DNA of 32,000 nt from Candidatus Saccharimonadota bacterium (GCF_900128735.1 NZ_LT667503.1:330001-362000), one strand, 5' to 3'; positions 19,724-30,426 are shown, counted from the stretch's first letter. Notes: generated from the sequence alone by a model not told the origin. Numbers and translations are program-made.

Positions 19724-22700
19724 ATGAAAAATTATAAATATAATGTATCTAAATTACCAAAACCAGGTATTACTTTAATTGAAGCTTCTGCAGGAACTGG
19801 AAAAACATTTTCTATTATTATATTATATTTACGTTTATTAATTAATTTAGGATTAAAAAAAAAATATATACGTCAATTATTATCTACCGATATTCTTTTA
19901 GTAACATTTACTGAAGCTTCTAAAAATGAATTAAAAAAAAGATTATACCAAGGGATAATACAATTATATCAAGCATGTATAACAAAGAAAACAAAAATTA
20001 ATTATATCAAAAATATTCTTTATGATATTGAAAATTTTACATTAACTCAAAAAATTCTTAAAAAAACTAAAGATGAAATCGAAAATATAGCTATATATAC
20101 CCTACATAGTTTTTTTTGGTCTATATTAAATGAATATAAATTTTTTTTTCCAGAAAATATTCCTGAAAAAATTATTCAAAATATGTATCCAATCCAACTA
20201 CAAGCTACTCAAGATTTTTGGAGAAAAAACATTTATTATTTTTCTGAAGAGATTACAAAAATTTTTATAGAAAAATGGCCTAACCCTCAAAAATTATTTA
20301 ATTATTTATATAAATGGATTAATAATACTTGTCTTAATTTCTCTAAAAAAAGAATTTATAAAAAAGATATTGAAAAAAAACATGAAAAATTAATACAATA
20401 CATAAATGCTATTAAAAAAATGTGGAACCAAGAAAAAAAGAAAATTAAGTTAATATTTCAAAAATTACAAATTAATAAAAGAATATACAATCAAAAAAAT
20501 TTAAAAAAATGGTATGAAAAAATTCAACTATGGACTTCAAAAAAAACATGTAATTATAAATTTCCTAATATTTTAAAATATTTTAATATAAAAAAAATTA
20601 ATCAAGAATGTAAAGAAAAGTATAAAATTAAAAAATCATTTTTTAATAAAATTGATCAATTGTATAAAAAATATACTTCATTAAATCAATTATATATTTT
20701 ATTTTCATTACATGGTATTTTAACTAGAATTCAAAAAGAAAAGAAAAAAAAAAATAAAATTGATTTTCATGATATTACAAAAATATTTTTAAAATTAACA
20801 AATTTTAAAAACTCCAGAATTAAAAAATTAATAAAAAAGAAATATCCAGTTACTATTATTGATGAATTTCAAGATATTGATAGTATGCAATATGAAATTT
20901 TTTATCAAATATATAAAAAATCAAAAAATGAATCATTAATTCTTTTTGGTGATCCTAAACAATCAATATATAGTTTTCGTAATGCTAATATCTTTAATTA
21001 TTTTAAATTAAAAAAAAAAATAAAAAAACATTATTTTTTAAAAGAAAATTTTCGATCTTCACATAATATGATTATAGCTATTAATACTTTATTTCAAAAT
21101 GTAAAAAAACCTTTTTTATTTCAAGAACTTAATTTTAAACCAGCAAAAAAACATATTAATAATAAAAAAATGAATTTTTACATTAACAACAAAAAACAAC
21201 CTGCATTAAAATTTTATTTATATCCAAAAAAAACAAGTACAAAAGAAAATTATTATAAATGGATAGCCAAAAAATGTGCAGAAACTATTTCTAACTGGCT
21301 ATCCTCAAAAATAAAAAAAAAAATAAAAATTAATTTAAAAAATAATATTTCACGTTTTATTAAACCGAATGATATAGCTGTATTGGTAAAAAATAAATAT
21401 GAAGCAAAATTTATTACTCACGCTTTCAAAAAAATGGCGTTATCTGCAAAATATACCTCTCAAAAAATAAATATTTTTAATTTAATGGAAACAAAAGAGA
21501 TTATGTGGATATTAGATTCTATATTACACCCATTAAATGAAAAAAAATTACAAAAAATTTTACTTACTCATATTTTTAAAAAAAATATTTATGAAATATA
21601 TGAAATTAATAAAAAAAAAGAAGAGTATTTGATACTCATAAAAAAAATTAAAAATTATTTAAAAATTTGGCAAGAATACGGTATTTTTAATCTACTCGAA
21701 GAAATAATAAAAGATTTTAACCTGATTCACTGTGATATTCTAACTTCATTGAATAAAATAAATATAAAAAATATTTTTTCTTTAAGGGAGATTTTAATTC
21801 AAAAACAAAAAAAAATAACAAATAAATTTTTATTAATCTTATGGTTAAAGAAAAAAATTTTACAAAGTAGAGAGCAAAAAAATCAAAATAATAATAATAA
21901 TTATTTTTCAGAAAATAATTCTAAAAAGAAAATTAAAATAATTACCGTTTATAAAGCAAAAGGTTTAGAGTATCCGGTGGTATGGATACCATTTTTTAGT
22001 AATTTTTATAAAAACAAAGAAAAAATTTTTTATTGTAGAAAAACATATAAAAAAATATTAGATTTAAGTAATAGTAAAATTACTCAAAAATTATCTGAAG
22101 AAGAAAGATTATCTGAAGATTTAAGATTATTATATGTCTGCATAACACGCAGCCTCTTACATTGCAGTATTGGAGTAGCTCCAATTAAAAAGAAAAAAAA
22201 CAAAAATAAAGAAAATCAGGATACAAATACACATCTTAGTGCTTTAGGATACTTATTACAAAAAGGAAAAAAAAAAAATTACCAAGAATTAAAAAATATT
22301 TTATATAGTATGGAAAAAAAAAATGTAATTGAAATTTCTAAAAAAAATATAAATTCAAAAAAAATACAAAAAGACCTTATACATAAAAAAGATTTTCAAA
22401 AAAATTATAATACAAGAAAAATAATTTATCCTTGGAAAATCATAAGTTTTTCTCAATTAAACACATATAATAAAAGTTATTCTATACAATATAATAAAAA
22501 ATTTTTCGATGATATTCTATATCAAAAACAAGAAAAGAAAAAAAAAAAAAAATTACAAGGCGTCGAATACGGAATTTTTTTACATAAAATATTAAAGAAA
22601 ATTGATTTTTCTAAAAATAGAGATATAGAAAAAAAAATAAAAAATTTTAATTATTTATCTATACCTAACTATTTAATCAAAAAAATTAAAAAATCAATTG

Positions 22701-23251
22701 AAATGATGATTTCAGTATTATTAAAAGATTTTAATATCTCCTTAACCCAATTAAAATTTAAAGAATATACAAAAGAAATGAATTTTACAATTCCTATTAA
22801 AAAATATATTAACTTTAAAGTAATGAATTATTATATCAAAAAATTCGATAAGATATCTTCATTATGTCCAGATATATCATATGATAATATATCAGGAATC
22901 TTAATTGGAAGTATTGATTTAATTTTTAAATGGAAAAATCAATTTTATTTTATAGATTATAAATCTAATTGGTTAGGATCTGATAATAGCGCGTATACTA
23001 AAAAAAATATAAAATTAGAAATAATTAAACATAGATATGATATACAATATCAATTTTATACTTTAGCGCTCCATCGATATCTTAAGATTCATATTAAAAA
23101 TTATCATTATAAAAAAAATTTTGGTGGACTATTTTATATCTTTTTAAGAGCTCTCGAGGAAAAAGGTAAAAATTCTGGAATATTTTTTAAAAAAATACCT
23201 TATGTATTAACTAATAAATTAGATTTGTTATTTAATGGGATAATATATTAA
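19724..23251 (+). CDS. recB: Exodeoxyribonuclease V beta subunit RecB (helicase-nuclease)
   Basis: 1175 aa. The following match E. coli RecB: LIEASAGTGKTF (Walker A), IIDEFQDIDSMQY, GDPKQSIYSFRNA, VYKAKGLEYPVVWIPF, EDLRLLYVCITRS, and the nuclease block GSIDLIF..YFIDYKSNWLG..HRYDIQYQFYTLALHRYL. Confidence 0.95.
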   Translation: MKNYKYNVSKLPKPGITLIEASAGTGKTFSIIILYLRLLINLGLKKKYIRQLLSTDILLVTFTEASKNELKKRLYQGIIQLYQACITKKTKINYIKNILYDIENFTLTQKILKKTKDEIENIAIYTLHSFFWSILNEYKFFFPENIPEKIIQNMYPIQLQATQDFWRKNIYYFSEEITKIFIEKWPNPQKLFNYLYKWINNTCLNFSKKRIYKKDIEKKHEKLIQYINAIKKMWNQEKKKIKLIFQKLQINKRIYNQKNLKKWYEKIQLWTSKKTCNYKFPNILKYFNIKKINQECKEKYKIKKSFFNKIDQLYKKYTSLNQLYILFSLHGILTRIQKEKKKKNKIDFHDITKIFLKLTNFKNSRIKKLIKKKYPVTIIDEFQDIDSMQYEIFYQIYKKSKNESLILFGDPKQSIYSFRNANIFNYFKLKKKIKKHYFLKENFRSSHNMIIAINTLFQNVKKPFLFQELNFKPAKKHINNKKMNFYINNKKQPALKFYLYPKKTSTKENYYKWIAKKCAETISNWLSSKIKKKIKINLKNNISRFIKPNDIAVLVKNKYEAKFITHAFKKMALSAKYTSQKINIFNLMETKEIMWILDSILHPLNEKKLQKILLTHIFKKNIYEIYEINKKKEEYLILIKKIKNYLKIWQEYGIFNLLEEIIKDFNLIHCDILTSLNKINIKNIFSLREILIQKQKKITNKFLLILWLKKKILQSREQKNQNNNNNYFSENNSKKKIKIITVYKAKGLEYPVVWIPFFSNFYKNKEKIFYCRKTYKKILDLSNSKITQKLSEEERLSEDLRLLYVCITRSLLHCSIGVAPIKKKKNKNKENQDTNTHLSALGYLLQKGKKKNYQELKNILYSMEKKNVIEISKKNINSKKIQKDLIHKKDFQKNYNTRKIIYPWKIISFSQLNTYNKSYSIQYNKKFFDDILYQKQEKKKKKKLQGVEYGIFLHKILKKIDFSKNRDIEKKIKNFNYLSIPNYLIKKIKKSIEMMISVLLKDFNISLTQLKFKEYTKEMNFTIPIKKYINFKVMNYYIKKFDKISSLCPDISYDNISGILIGSIDLIFKWKNQFYFIDYKSNWLGSDNSAYTKKNIKLEIIKHRYDIQYQFYTLALHRYLKIHIKNYHYKKNFGGLFYIFLRALEEKGKNSGIFFKKIPYVLTNKLDLLFNGIIY

Positions 23252-25095
23252 TGACTAATAAAAAAAAAATTTTTTGTAATATATTAAAAAAAGCCAAAGA
23301 GAAAAAATTTCTTAACAATATTGATTTTTATTGTTGCACATTATTAATACCAAAAACCATTTCAGAAATAAAATTAGTCATATTATATTTAAGTTATTCT
23401 GCAAATTGCGGACATAGTTGTTTACCAATAAACCTATTTCAAAAAAAAAAAATATTTAAAAAAAAAAATATTTTTAAAAAATTATGGAGTACTATCCTAA
23501 ATAAAAAAAATTGGTTTAATGTTGTATTAAATAGCCCCTTTTGTAGCAACGGAACCATTGTTACCCCATTAGTTATTCAAGAAAATCGTATTTACCTATA
23601 TCGATACTGGAATGCTGAAAAAAAAATTATTAAATTTATTTTAAACCACAAAAAAAAAATAAAAAAAACAAAAAAAAATAAAAAATTATTTCAAATGCAT
23701 TGCACAAAAAATATAGATAAAATTCAAAAAATTGCTATTGGAGTAATGATTTTGAATCATATTTCATTCATTTTAGGAGGACCTGGAACTGGAAAAACAA
23801 CTATAATCACTTACTTAATTATATTTTTTATTAAATTAAAAAAAAAAATTAACATAAAATTAGCAGCTCCTACTGGTAAGGCTGCGGCTCGTATTACAGA
23901 AGTAGTATATAAAATTCTTACTTTTAGTGAACTCACCAAAAAAGAAAAAAAAAAAATACCAAAAAAAGGACAAACACTCCACCGATTATTAGGCGTTCAA
24001 AAAGATACTAACGAAATATATTCATATCAATATACCAAAAAAAAACTTTCTAATATTGATATATTAATTATTGATGAATCTTCTATGATAGATTTATATA
24101 TGATGGAAAATATTACAAATGTTATTTCAAAAAAAACAAAAATTATTTTTTTAGGTGATTTAAATCAATTACCTCCTATAGAGGTAGGATCAATAATCAA
24201 GGAAATTTGTAAAAAAGCCAATAATAAATTTAGTGCCATATTTTCTAAAAAATTAGAAGAAATTACTCAACAAAAAACTAAAATTGATTCGTGTAAATAT
24301 CCTTCTAATATCAATAATACCATGATAATTTTAAAAAAAAAATATAGATTTAATAAAAAATCAGGAATCGGTATTTTATCCGCTGCATTAGAAAAAAAAA
24401 AATATATTGATTTTTCATTAATTATTAAAAAAAAATATAAAAATATTTTTTGGGAAAAAATAAATCAAAATAATAATTATTTTTTTATGTTAAAAGAAAT
24501 TTTAAAAATATATCAAGGTTATTGGAAATATATTCAAAAAAAGCATAACCCTAAAAAAATTCTTGAGTACTTTAATAAATCTAGAATTTTATGTGCGTTA
24601 TTGGACGGACCTTTTGGAGTAAAAATTATTAATCAATTTATAGAAAGAAATATAAAATTAAAAAATATAAAAAAAACAAAAGACCATTGGTATCATGGAA
24701 GACCTATTATGATTACCGCAAATAATCCAACATTAAAATTATTTAATGGAGAAATTGGTATATGTTTATTAAATCAAAATGAAAAATTAAAGGTCTTTTT
24801 TCTATCTTATACAGATAAAATAAAAAAAATTGACCCTTTTTTAATCGAAAATTTTGAAATAGCATGGTCAACAACTATACATAAATCACAAGGATCAGAA
24901 TTTTTCTATGTAATCTTAATTTTTCCTAATTATATTTCAAAAATATTATCAAAAGAATTAATTTATACCGGAATTACAAGAGCTAAATATAATATTAAGA
25001 TATATGCCGACTTTAATATTTTAAAAAAGATTATTAACTGGAAAAAAAAAAGATACTCGGGCATACATTTAAATATTTTTAAAAAAAAAATATAG
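23251..25095 (+). CDS. recD: Exodeoxyribonuclease V alpha subunit RecD
   Basis: 614 aa with SF1 helicase motifs GGPGTGKTT, APTGKAAARI, IIDESSMID, GDLNQLPPI, TIHKSQGSEF and YTGITRAK. Its start overlaps the recB stop (TAATG, shared A at 23251). Confidence 0.93.
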   Translation: MTNKKKIFCNILKKAKEKKFLNNIDFYCCTLLIPKTISEIKLVILYLSYSANCGHSCLPINLFQKKKIFKKKNIFKKLWSTILNKKNWFNVVLNSPFCSNGTIVTPLVIQENRIYLYRYWNAEKKIIKFILNHKKKIKKTKKNKKLFQMHCTKNIDKIQKIAIGVMILNHISFILGGPGTGKTTIITYLIIFFIKLKKKINIKLAAPTGKAAARITEVVYKILTFSELTKKEKKKIPKKGQTLHRLLGVQKDTNEIYSYQYTKKKLSNIDILIIDESSMIDLYMMENITNVISKKTKIIFLGDLNQLPPIEVGSIIKEICKKANNKFSAIFSKKLEEITQQKTKIDSCKYPSNINNTMIILKKKYRFNKKSGIGILSAALEKKKYIDFSLIIKKKYKNIFWEKINQNNNYFFMLKEILKIYQGYWKYIQKKHNPKKILEYFNKSRILCALLDGPFGVKIINQFIERNIKLKNIKKTKDHWYHGRPIMITANNPTLKLFNGEIGICLLNQNEKLKVFFLSYTDKIKKIDPFLIENFEIAWSTTIHKSQGSEFFYVILIFPNYISKILSKELIYTGITRAKYNIKIYADFNILKKIINWKKKRYSGIHLNIFKKKI

Positions 25096-25173
25096 AAAAT
25101 AATTTTTTAAAAAATAACTAGAAGGAAATAGAAATAAAGAAGGAATAATAATTGATTATTGTAATAAATTTTT

Positions 25174-25250
<77 letters not shown>

Positions 25251-25262
25251 ATTACAATTTTT

Positions 25263-25290
25263 ATTATACTCTTTTTCATATAATTTGCAA
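25263..25290 (-). promoter_or_regulatory. Candidate sigma70 promoter for tRNA-fMet
   Basis: The minus strand reads TTGCAA (25290-25285), a 16-nt spacer, then a perfect TATAAT (25268-25263), which ends 12 nt upstream of the tRNA 5' end. TATAAT-like hexamers are common in this AT-rich DNA, so the weight rests on the G/C-containing -35 element, the spacing and the position. Confidence 0.4.
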
Positions 25291-25467
25291 TTCTTTTTTC
25301 TTAAAAATGTATAAAAAATAAAAATTATAAAATTTTAATACTTTTTTTAAAAAAAAGATATATTTTAATAAAAATAAAAGATAAAATATAAAAAAAATAA
25401 ATAGATATCAATTTTATAAATATATCTATCATATCAATTTTTCATACTTTAAAAGAGAATAAAATAA

Positions 25468-25905
25468 ATGAAACCTAAAAAAAGACGCCAAGCACGCATA
25501 TTAGCCTTACAAGTTCTATATGCATGGCAAGTGTCTCAAAACAAATCAATCGAAAAAATAAAAGAGTTTATCTTAAAACAACATCATCAGGTTTATATTG
25601 ATATGCTATATTTTCATGAAATTATTTCAGGCGTAGCTCAAAACATTATTTTTTTAGATCAGCTCATATCTCCTTGTTTATCAAGAAAAATTTATGAACT
25701 TGATTATATTGAAAAAAATATTTTGCGAATATCTGTATACGAAATATTTAAACGTAAAGATATTCCATATAAAGTCGTAATTAACGAAGGAATAGAATTA
25801 GCAAAGATTTTTGGCTCTTGTGATAGCCATAAATTTATTAATGGTGTGTTAGATAAACTTATATTAAGAAATAATACAAAAACTACATATAAAAAAAACA
25901 AATAA
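25468..25905 (+). CDS. nusB: Transcription antitermination factor NusB
   Basis: 145 aa. [44 protein letters not shown] and [12 protein letters not shown] match E. coli NusB. Confidence 0.95.
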   Translation: MKPKKRRQARILALQVLYAWQVSQNKSIEKIKEFILKQHHQVYIDMLYFHEIISGVAQNIIFLDQLISPCLSRKIYELDYIEKNILRISVYEIFKRKDIPYKVVINEGIELAKIFGSCDSHKFINGVLDKLILRNNTKTTYKKNK

Positions 25906-26241
25906 ATTCCCTTATCAACAGTCTTTTTTTAAAAAAAATAAATCTAAAAATTTTTAAAAAAATATCATTATATTTTTTTTATTTATTTTATAAAATTATT
26001 ATGTTTTTAAATCAATAAAAAATCTAATAAAAAAAATCTAAAAATATATTTTTAATAAAAAATTATTAAATTAAAAATAAAATAAAATTTTTAAATATTT
26101 TATATAAAAATTTTTTAAAAAAAATCATTATTCTTAATAAAGTGATATAAAACTCTATAGATTTTTATAAATCTTAACTCAAAAATATATAATTAATTAA
26201 TAATAAAAATAATATAAAAGATCAATAAAAAAAAATAAAAA

Positions 26242-26553
26242 ATGAATAATAAAATAATCTCTGATAAAAAAATTAACATAATGTCTAAAAAATGGAATAA
26301 AAAAAAAGCAATCTTACTTGCTAAAGAACTAAATATTTTATTAACTAAAAAACATTGGCAAGTAATTTTAATCATAAAAGTTTTTTATAAAAAATATAAT
26401 ATTATCCCTACTACACGTATGTTACTTTTATCTTTAAAAAAAGAATATAAAATATTACTAACTAGTCAAGATCTATTTATAATGTTTAAAAGTACGCCAA
26501 TAAAAAATTTAAGTAAAATAGCTGGATTACCAGAACCCAAAATATGTTTATAA
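26242..26553 (+). CDS. tusE: Sulfurtransferase TusE (DsrC family)
   Basis: 103 aa. HWQVILIIKVFYKKYNIIPTTRMLL and the C-terminus SKIAGLPEPKICL align with E. coli [25 protein letters not shown] and TKIAGLPKPVKCI, and the catalytic C-terminal Cys is present. The start is uncertain; ATG 26281 is an alternative. Confidence 0.85.
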   Translation: MNNKIISDKKINIMSKKWNKKKAILLAKELNILLTKKHWQVILIIKVFYKKYNIIPTTRMLLLSLKKEYKILLTSQDLFIMFKSTPIKNLSKIAGLPEPKICL

Positions 26554-26554
26554 T

Positions 26555-27475
26555 TTAGTTAAAATAAAAATTTAAAGACATAAAAAAACTAATAACAAAA
26601 ATCACTACAAGCGATATAAAAAACATAAAACGTGACCAAATCTTACTATTTAAAAAATAAACACCAAAAAAAGAAAAAAAATACCAAAAAAATAAAAAAA
26701 TCGTAGTATATATAAAATATATTATATATACATAACCTGACCAATAAAATAAAAAATTTAAAAAAATTAAAAAAACAATACAGTAATTTATATTTGTTTT
26801 GGTTTTTTCTATTCCATAGATTACAGAAAATAATGGGATTTCTGCAGTCTTATAATCTTTTAATCGAAAAATTGAAATAGAATAAGCGTGTGCTATTTGC
26901 CATATACTAAAAATAAAAAAAAGAATAAGACAACAAAAATCTACATCATTTTTTACTGCAACATAACCAATAATAGGTGGTAAGGCTCCAGAGATACTTC
27001 CTATCCCTGTTGAATAAACATATTTACGTTTAAACAAATATGAATATAAAAAAACATAAAAGAAAACACCTATCAAAGATAAAAGTACGCATAAAAAATT
27101 CACATATAAATAAAAAATAGTGCATCCTAATATCAATAAAAAAAATGAAAAAAACCAAAAAAAAGATATTAAATAATGATTATCTCCCCACAAACATAAA
27201 ATTCTCTGATTTGTACGACTCATACGTAAATCAATATCTTTATCTAGGATATTATTCATAATACAAGCAGATGCTATAATAAATATAATACTTATTATAG
27301 TATTGAATAATAGATGACTTTGCAAATTTCCTTGTGATGCTAAAAAAAATCCACTTATTAATGTAATAACATTACCTACAATAATTCCCGGTTTTACAAC
27401 TTTAATAAAACTATTTATTTTATAAAAAGAAAGAAAAGATCTTTTTATTAATGGTTTAAATGTCCCATGACCCAT
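26555..27475 (-). CDS. cyoE: Protoheme IX farnesyltransferase (heme O synthase)
   Basis: VKPGIIVGNVITLISGFFLAS, DKDIDLRMSRT, GSISGALPPIIGY and FRLKDYKTAEIP match E. coli CyoE. I use the first ATG upstream of the conserved core (27475), which overlaps the cyoD 3' end by 28 nt. The track start at 27538 would add 21 non-conserved residues. Confidence 0.88.
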   Translation of the reverse strand: MGHGTFKPLIKRSFLSFYKINSFIKVVKPGIIVGNVITLISGFFLASQGNLQSHLLFNTIISIIFIIASACIMNNILDKDIDLRMSRTNQRILCLWGDNHYLISFFWFFSFFLLILGCTIFYLYVNFLCVLLSLIGVFFYVFLYSYLFKRKYVYSTGIGSISGALPPIIGYVAVKNDVDFCCLILFFIFSIWQIAHAYSISIFRLKDYKTAEIPLFSVIYGIEKTKTNINYCIVFLIFLNFLFYWSGYVYIIYFIYTTIFLFFWYFFSFFGVYFLNSKIWSRFMFFISLVVIFVISFFMSLNFYFN

Positions 27476-27771
27476 AATGAACCTATACAAATAATGCTTA
27501 TAATTAAAAAGGTAAGAATTAAAAAAATAATATACCAATAATTTTTATAAGATAATTTAAAATGTAAAAAATATTTATATTGAAAAAAAATTTGCACTAT
27601 AATAAATAAAAATATATAAACTTGCATTTTTTTTATAGAAAAATAATAATTATGCGCAATAAAAAAAACAAATAAATATAAAAAAAATGATAAAAAAAAA
27701 CCAAAAATATATTTTTTTAAAAAATAATCTTTTATGTTCATAATACTATAAAGAAATTTTTTTATATTCAT
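27448..27771 (-). CDS. cyoD: Cytochrome bo3 ubiquinol oxidase subunit IV
   Basis: 107 aa hydrophobic protein. The C-terminus IISIICIGSLWVMGHLNH aligns with E. coli [22 protein letters not shown], and it sits between cyoC and cyoE. The start could instead be the second Met (27741). Confidence 0.85.
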   Translation of the reverse strand: MNIKKFLYSIMNIKDYFLKKYIFGFFLSFFLYLFVFFIAHNYYFSIKKMQVYIFLFIIVQIFFQYKYFLHFKLSYKNYWYIIFLILTFLIISIICIGSLWVMGHLNH

Positions 27772-27814
27772 ATTTACCCTTAACTTATATCAATAATAAT
27801 TTTCTAATAAAAAT

Positions 27815-28438
27815 TTATAAGTACACACATGAAATTAGAATAATCCATATAATATCTATAAAATGCCAAAAAAGACTAAAACATAATAATGAACCACGAA
27901 TGTATTTAATTTTTTTTAATGATAATATTTGCATTAAAATGACTATTATCCATAAAATTCCAAAAAAAACATGAAAAAAATGAAAACCAACTAAAGCAAA
28001 AAAAGATGATATACAACCATGATATGTGGGTTTAAAAAAAACCAATGATAAATGTAAAAATTCATAATATTCAAAAATAATAAAAATTATTCCTAATAAC
28101 AAAGTATTAAATAAAAAAAATACAATATATTTTATTGAATTTTTATACATAGATTTTATAGCTATGCTACAAGTAACTGAACTAAGTAATAATATAATTG
28201 TTTCTAAAAAAACAAGAGATAAAGAAAATATTTTTTTTTTAAAAAAATATAAATCATATCTATAATGCGACATAAATATAAATACAATAAAAAGCACCGC
28301 AAAAATAATACAATCATTCATTAAGTAAATCCAAAAACCAAAAATATTATTTTCTTCTAATGAAGATGACTCTTGTTGACCGCCAGCGTCAACAATTTTT
28401 TTAACATGATTATATTGAAAATTAATTTTCTCTATCAT
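27815..28438 (-). CDS. cyoC: Cytochrome bo3 ubiquinol oxidase subunit III
   Basis: 207 aa. [28 protein letters not shown] and [14 protein letters not shown] match E. coli CyoC. Its ATG overlaps the cyoB TGA (ATGA, 28438-28435). Confidence 0.95.
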   Translation of the reverse strand: MIEKINFQYNHVKKIVDAGGQQESSSLEENNIFGFWIYLMNDCIIFAVLFIVFIFMSHYRYDLYFFKKKIFSLSLVFLETIILLLSSVTCSIAIKSMYKNSIKYIVFFLFNTLLLGIIFIIFEYYEFLHLSLVFFKPTYHGCISSFFALVGFHFFHVFFGILWIIVILMQILSLKKIKYIRGSLLCFSLFWHFIDIIWIILISCVYL

Positions 28439-30426
28439 ACATTACCTTTTGTTATATTCTTTTTTAAAAGAAAATTCTTTTCTTTTCTTTCAACAATTTT
28501 TTTTGATATTATATATCCCGTTTTTATAGAACAACTATGTTTTAAAAAAAATAAAAAAATAGAAAAAATCGCAAAAAAACTCAAATACCAAATATGCCAA
28601 ACCATAGAAAAACCAAAAATAAGAGAAAAAAAACCAACAAAAAATCCTAGATTACTATTTTCAGGCATATGAATATCTTCATAAATTACATGTTTATTTT
28701 TTTTATTTTTTAAAGATTTTTCTTTCCAAAACGAGTCTCTTTCTTTTACTATGGGTAATAAAGAAAAATTATACGAAGGTGGCGGTGATGAAGTTGACCA
28801 CTCTAGTGTTCTACCATTCCATGGATCACCTGTCCAATCTATATATTCTTTTTTATTTCTATTTTTTATAGATAAATATAATTGCATTACTTGAGATAAT
28901 ATACCTAAGAAAATTATAAATACACCAAATGCAGAAATTATTAATAAACTATGAAATTTATAATCAATATTTTGACTCAAACGACGAGTCATACCTAAAA
29001 AACCCAAGATATACAAAGGCATAAATGCTATAAAAAAACCAGATAACCAAAACCAAAAAGAATAAACCCCCCATTTTTCATTTAATTTAAAACCAAAAAT
29101 TTTCGGAAACCAATATGTAATACCGGCAAAGCAACCAAAAACTACCCCACCAATAATAACATTATGAAAATGAGCAACTAAAAATAAACTATTATGAAAC
29201 ATAAAATCTATAGAAGGTATTGATAATAAAACACCAGACATACCGCCGATAGAAAATGTAATTAAAAAACCAATCGTCCATAACATGGATAAATGCAATC
29301 TAATACGTCCACCATACATCGTAAATAACCAATTAAATATTTTGACTCCAGTTGGAATAGCAATAATCATAGTGGTAATACTAAAAAAACTATTTACATA
29401 AGGACCGGAACCCATTGTAAAAAAATGATGCAACCAAACGATAAAAGATAAAACGGTAATAACAATTGTAGCCCAAATTAATGAAATATATCCAAATAGG
29501 GTTTTTTTTGAAAAAGTTGCGACTATTTCTGAAAAAATACCAAAAACAGGAAGAACCAGTATGTACACTTCAGGATGTCCCCAAATCCAAATTAAATTAA
29601 TGTACATCATCATATTTCCACCCATATTATTGGTAAAAAAATGATAACCAATATATCGATCTAATGTTAATAAAATTAAAGTAATAAATAAAACTGGAAA
29701 AGATATAAGTATTAAAATATTAGTACATAATGCTGTCCATGTAAATACAGGTAATTTAAACATTGTCATACCTGCGGTCCGCATTTTTAAAATTGTCACT
29801 AAAAAATTAATTGCAGTTAATGTAGCGCCTACACCTGAAATTTGTAAAATCCAAATCCAATAATCAACACCAACACCAGGACTATATTCAATACCAGATA
29901 AAGGTGGATATCCTAACCATCCAGTTCTTGCAAACTCTCCTATTCCTAAAGATAAAGTCATTAATATAACTGAGCTAGCTGTTAACCAAAAACTAACACT
30001 ATTTAAAATCGGAAACGCAAAGTCTCGTGCACCTATTTGTAGGGGAACTATAAAATTCATTAAACCAATAACCAAAGGCATGGCTACAAAAAAAATCATA
30101 ATAACCCCATGAGCTGTAAATACCTGATCATAATGATATGAAGGAAATAAACCAAGGTATCCACATGAAACTAGCGCTTGTTGAGCTCGCATCATAATAG
30201 CATCAGTAAAACCACGAATTAACATAATAAAAGCGAGAATTAAATACATTACAGCAATTTTTTTATGATCTACCGATGTTAACCACTCACTCCATAAATA
30301 AGTCCATTTTTTAAAAAAAGTAATACAAAAAAATCCACAAAAAAGAAATAAAAGAATCATGAAACATGTCATCATAATAATTGGTTCATGATAAGGTACA
30401 GCATCAAAAGTTAATTTTCCAAACAT
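28435..30426 (-). CDS. cyoB: Cytochrome bo3 ubiquinol oxidase subunit I (heme-copper oxidase)
   Basis: 663 aa with typical heme-copper subunit I blocks ([46 protein letters not shown]). This is the most conserved gene in the window. Confidence 0.98.
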   Translation of the reverse strand: MFGKLTFDAVPYHEPIIMMTCFMILLFLFCGFFCITFFKKWTYLWSEWLTSVDHKKIAVMYLILAFIMLIRGFTDAIMMRAQQALVSCGYLGLFPSYHYDQVFTAHGVIMIFFVAMPLVIGLMNFIVPLQIGARDFAFPILNSVSFWLTASSVILMTLSLGIGEFARTGWLGYPPLSGIEYSPGVGVDYWIWILQISGVGATLTAINFLVTILKMRTAGMTMFKLPVFTWTALCTNILILISFPVLFITLILLTLDRYIGYHFFTNNMGGNMMMYINLIWIWGHPEVYILVLPVFGIFSEIVATFSKKTLFGYISLIWATIVITVLSFIVWLHHFFTMGSGPYVNSFFSITTMIIAIPTGVKIFNWLFTMYGGRIRLHLSMLWTIGFLITFSIGGMSGVLLSIPSIDFMFHNSLFLVAHFHNVIIGGVVFGCFAGITYWFPKIFGFKLNEKWGVYSFWFWLSGFFIAFMPLYILGFLGMTRRLSQNIDYKFHSLLIISAFGVFIIFLGILSQVMQLYLSIKNRNKKEYIDWTGDPWNGRTLEWSTSSPPPSYNFSLLPIVKERDSFWKEKSLKNKKNKHVIYEDIHMPENSNLGFFVGFFSLIFGFSMVWHIWYLSFFAIFSIFLFFLKHSCSIKTGYIISKKIVERKEKNFLLKKNITKGNV

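Noticed and set aside
25120-25148. A purine-rich direct repeat, AGAAGGAAATA ... AGAAGGAATAA, between recD and tRNA-fMet, resembling two strong Shine-Dalgarno sites
   Set aside because: No start codon or ORF follows either copy, the match is short (11 nt, imperfect), and I cannot tell it apart from chance or a decayed remnant.
25704-25901. 65-aa ORF on the minus strand
   Set aside because: It is antisense within nusB, has no homology and no SD sequence.
25906-26241. Repeated strings such as TTTTTAAAAAAA(T)ATCATTAT (about 25949 and about 26110) and AAATCTAAAAA in the nusB-tusE spacer. I also looked for thiL or pgpA remnants.
   Set aside because: The sequence is almost pure A/T and of low complexity, so short imperfect repeats are expected by chance. 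No reading frame gives a recognisable peptide by eye.
26193-26375. 60-aa ORF on the minus strand
   Set aside because: It is antisense to the tusE 5' region. The hydrophobic low-complexity product is typical of the complement of lysine-rich coding sequence.
27476-27538. A 21-codon N-terminal extension of cyoE (MVYYFFNSYLFNYKHYLYRFI)
   Set aside because: It has no counterpart in E. coli CyoE, it lies deep inside cyoD, and the shorter ATG 27475 start already precedes the conserved VKPGII core. The start remains uncertain.
28373-28672. 99-aa ORF on the plus strand
   Set aside because: It is antisense across the cyoB/cyoC junction. Both sense-strand genes are strongly conserved and the ORF product has no recognisable family.
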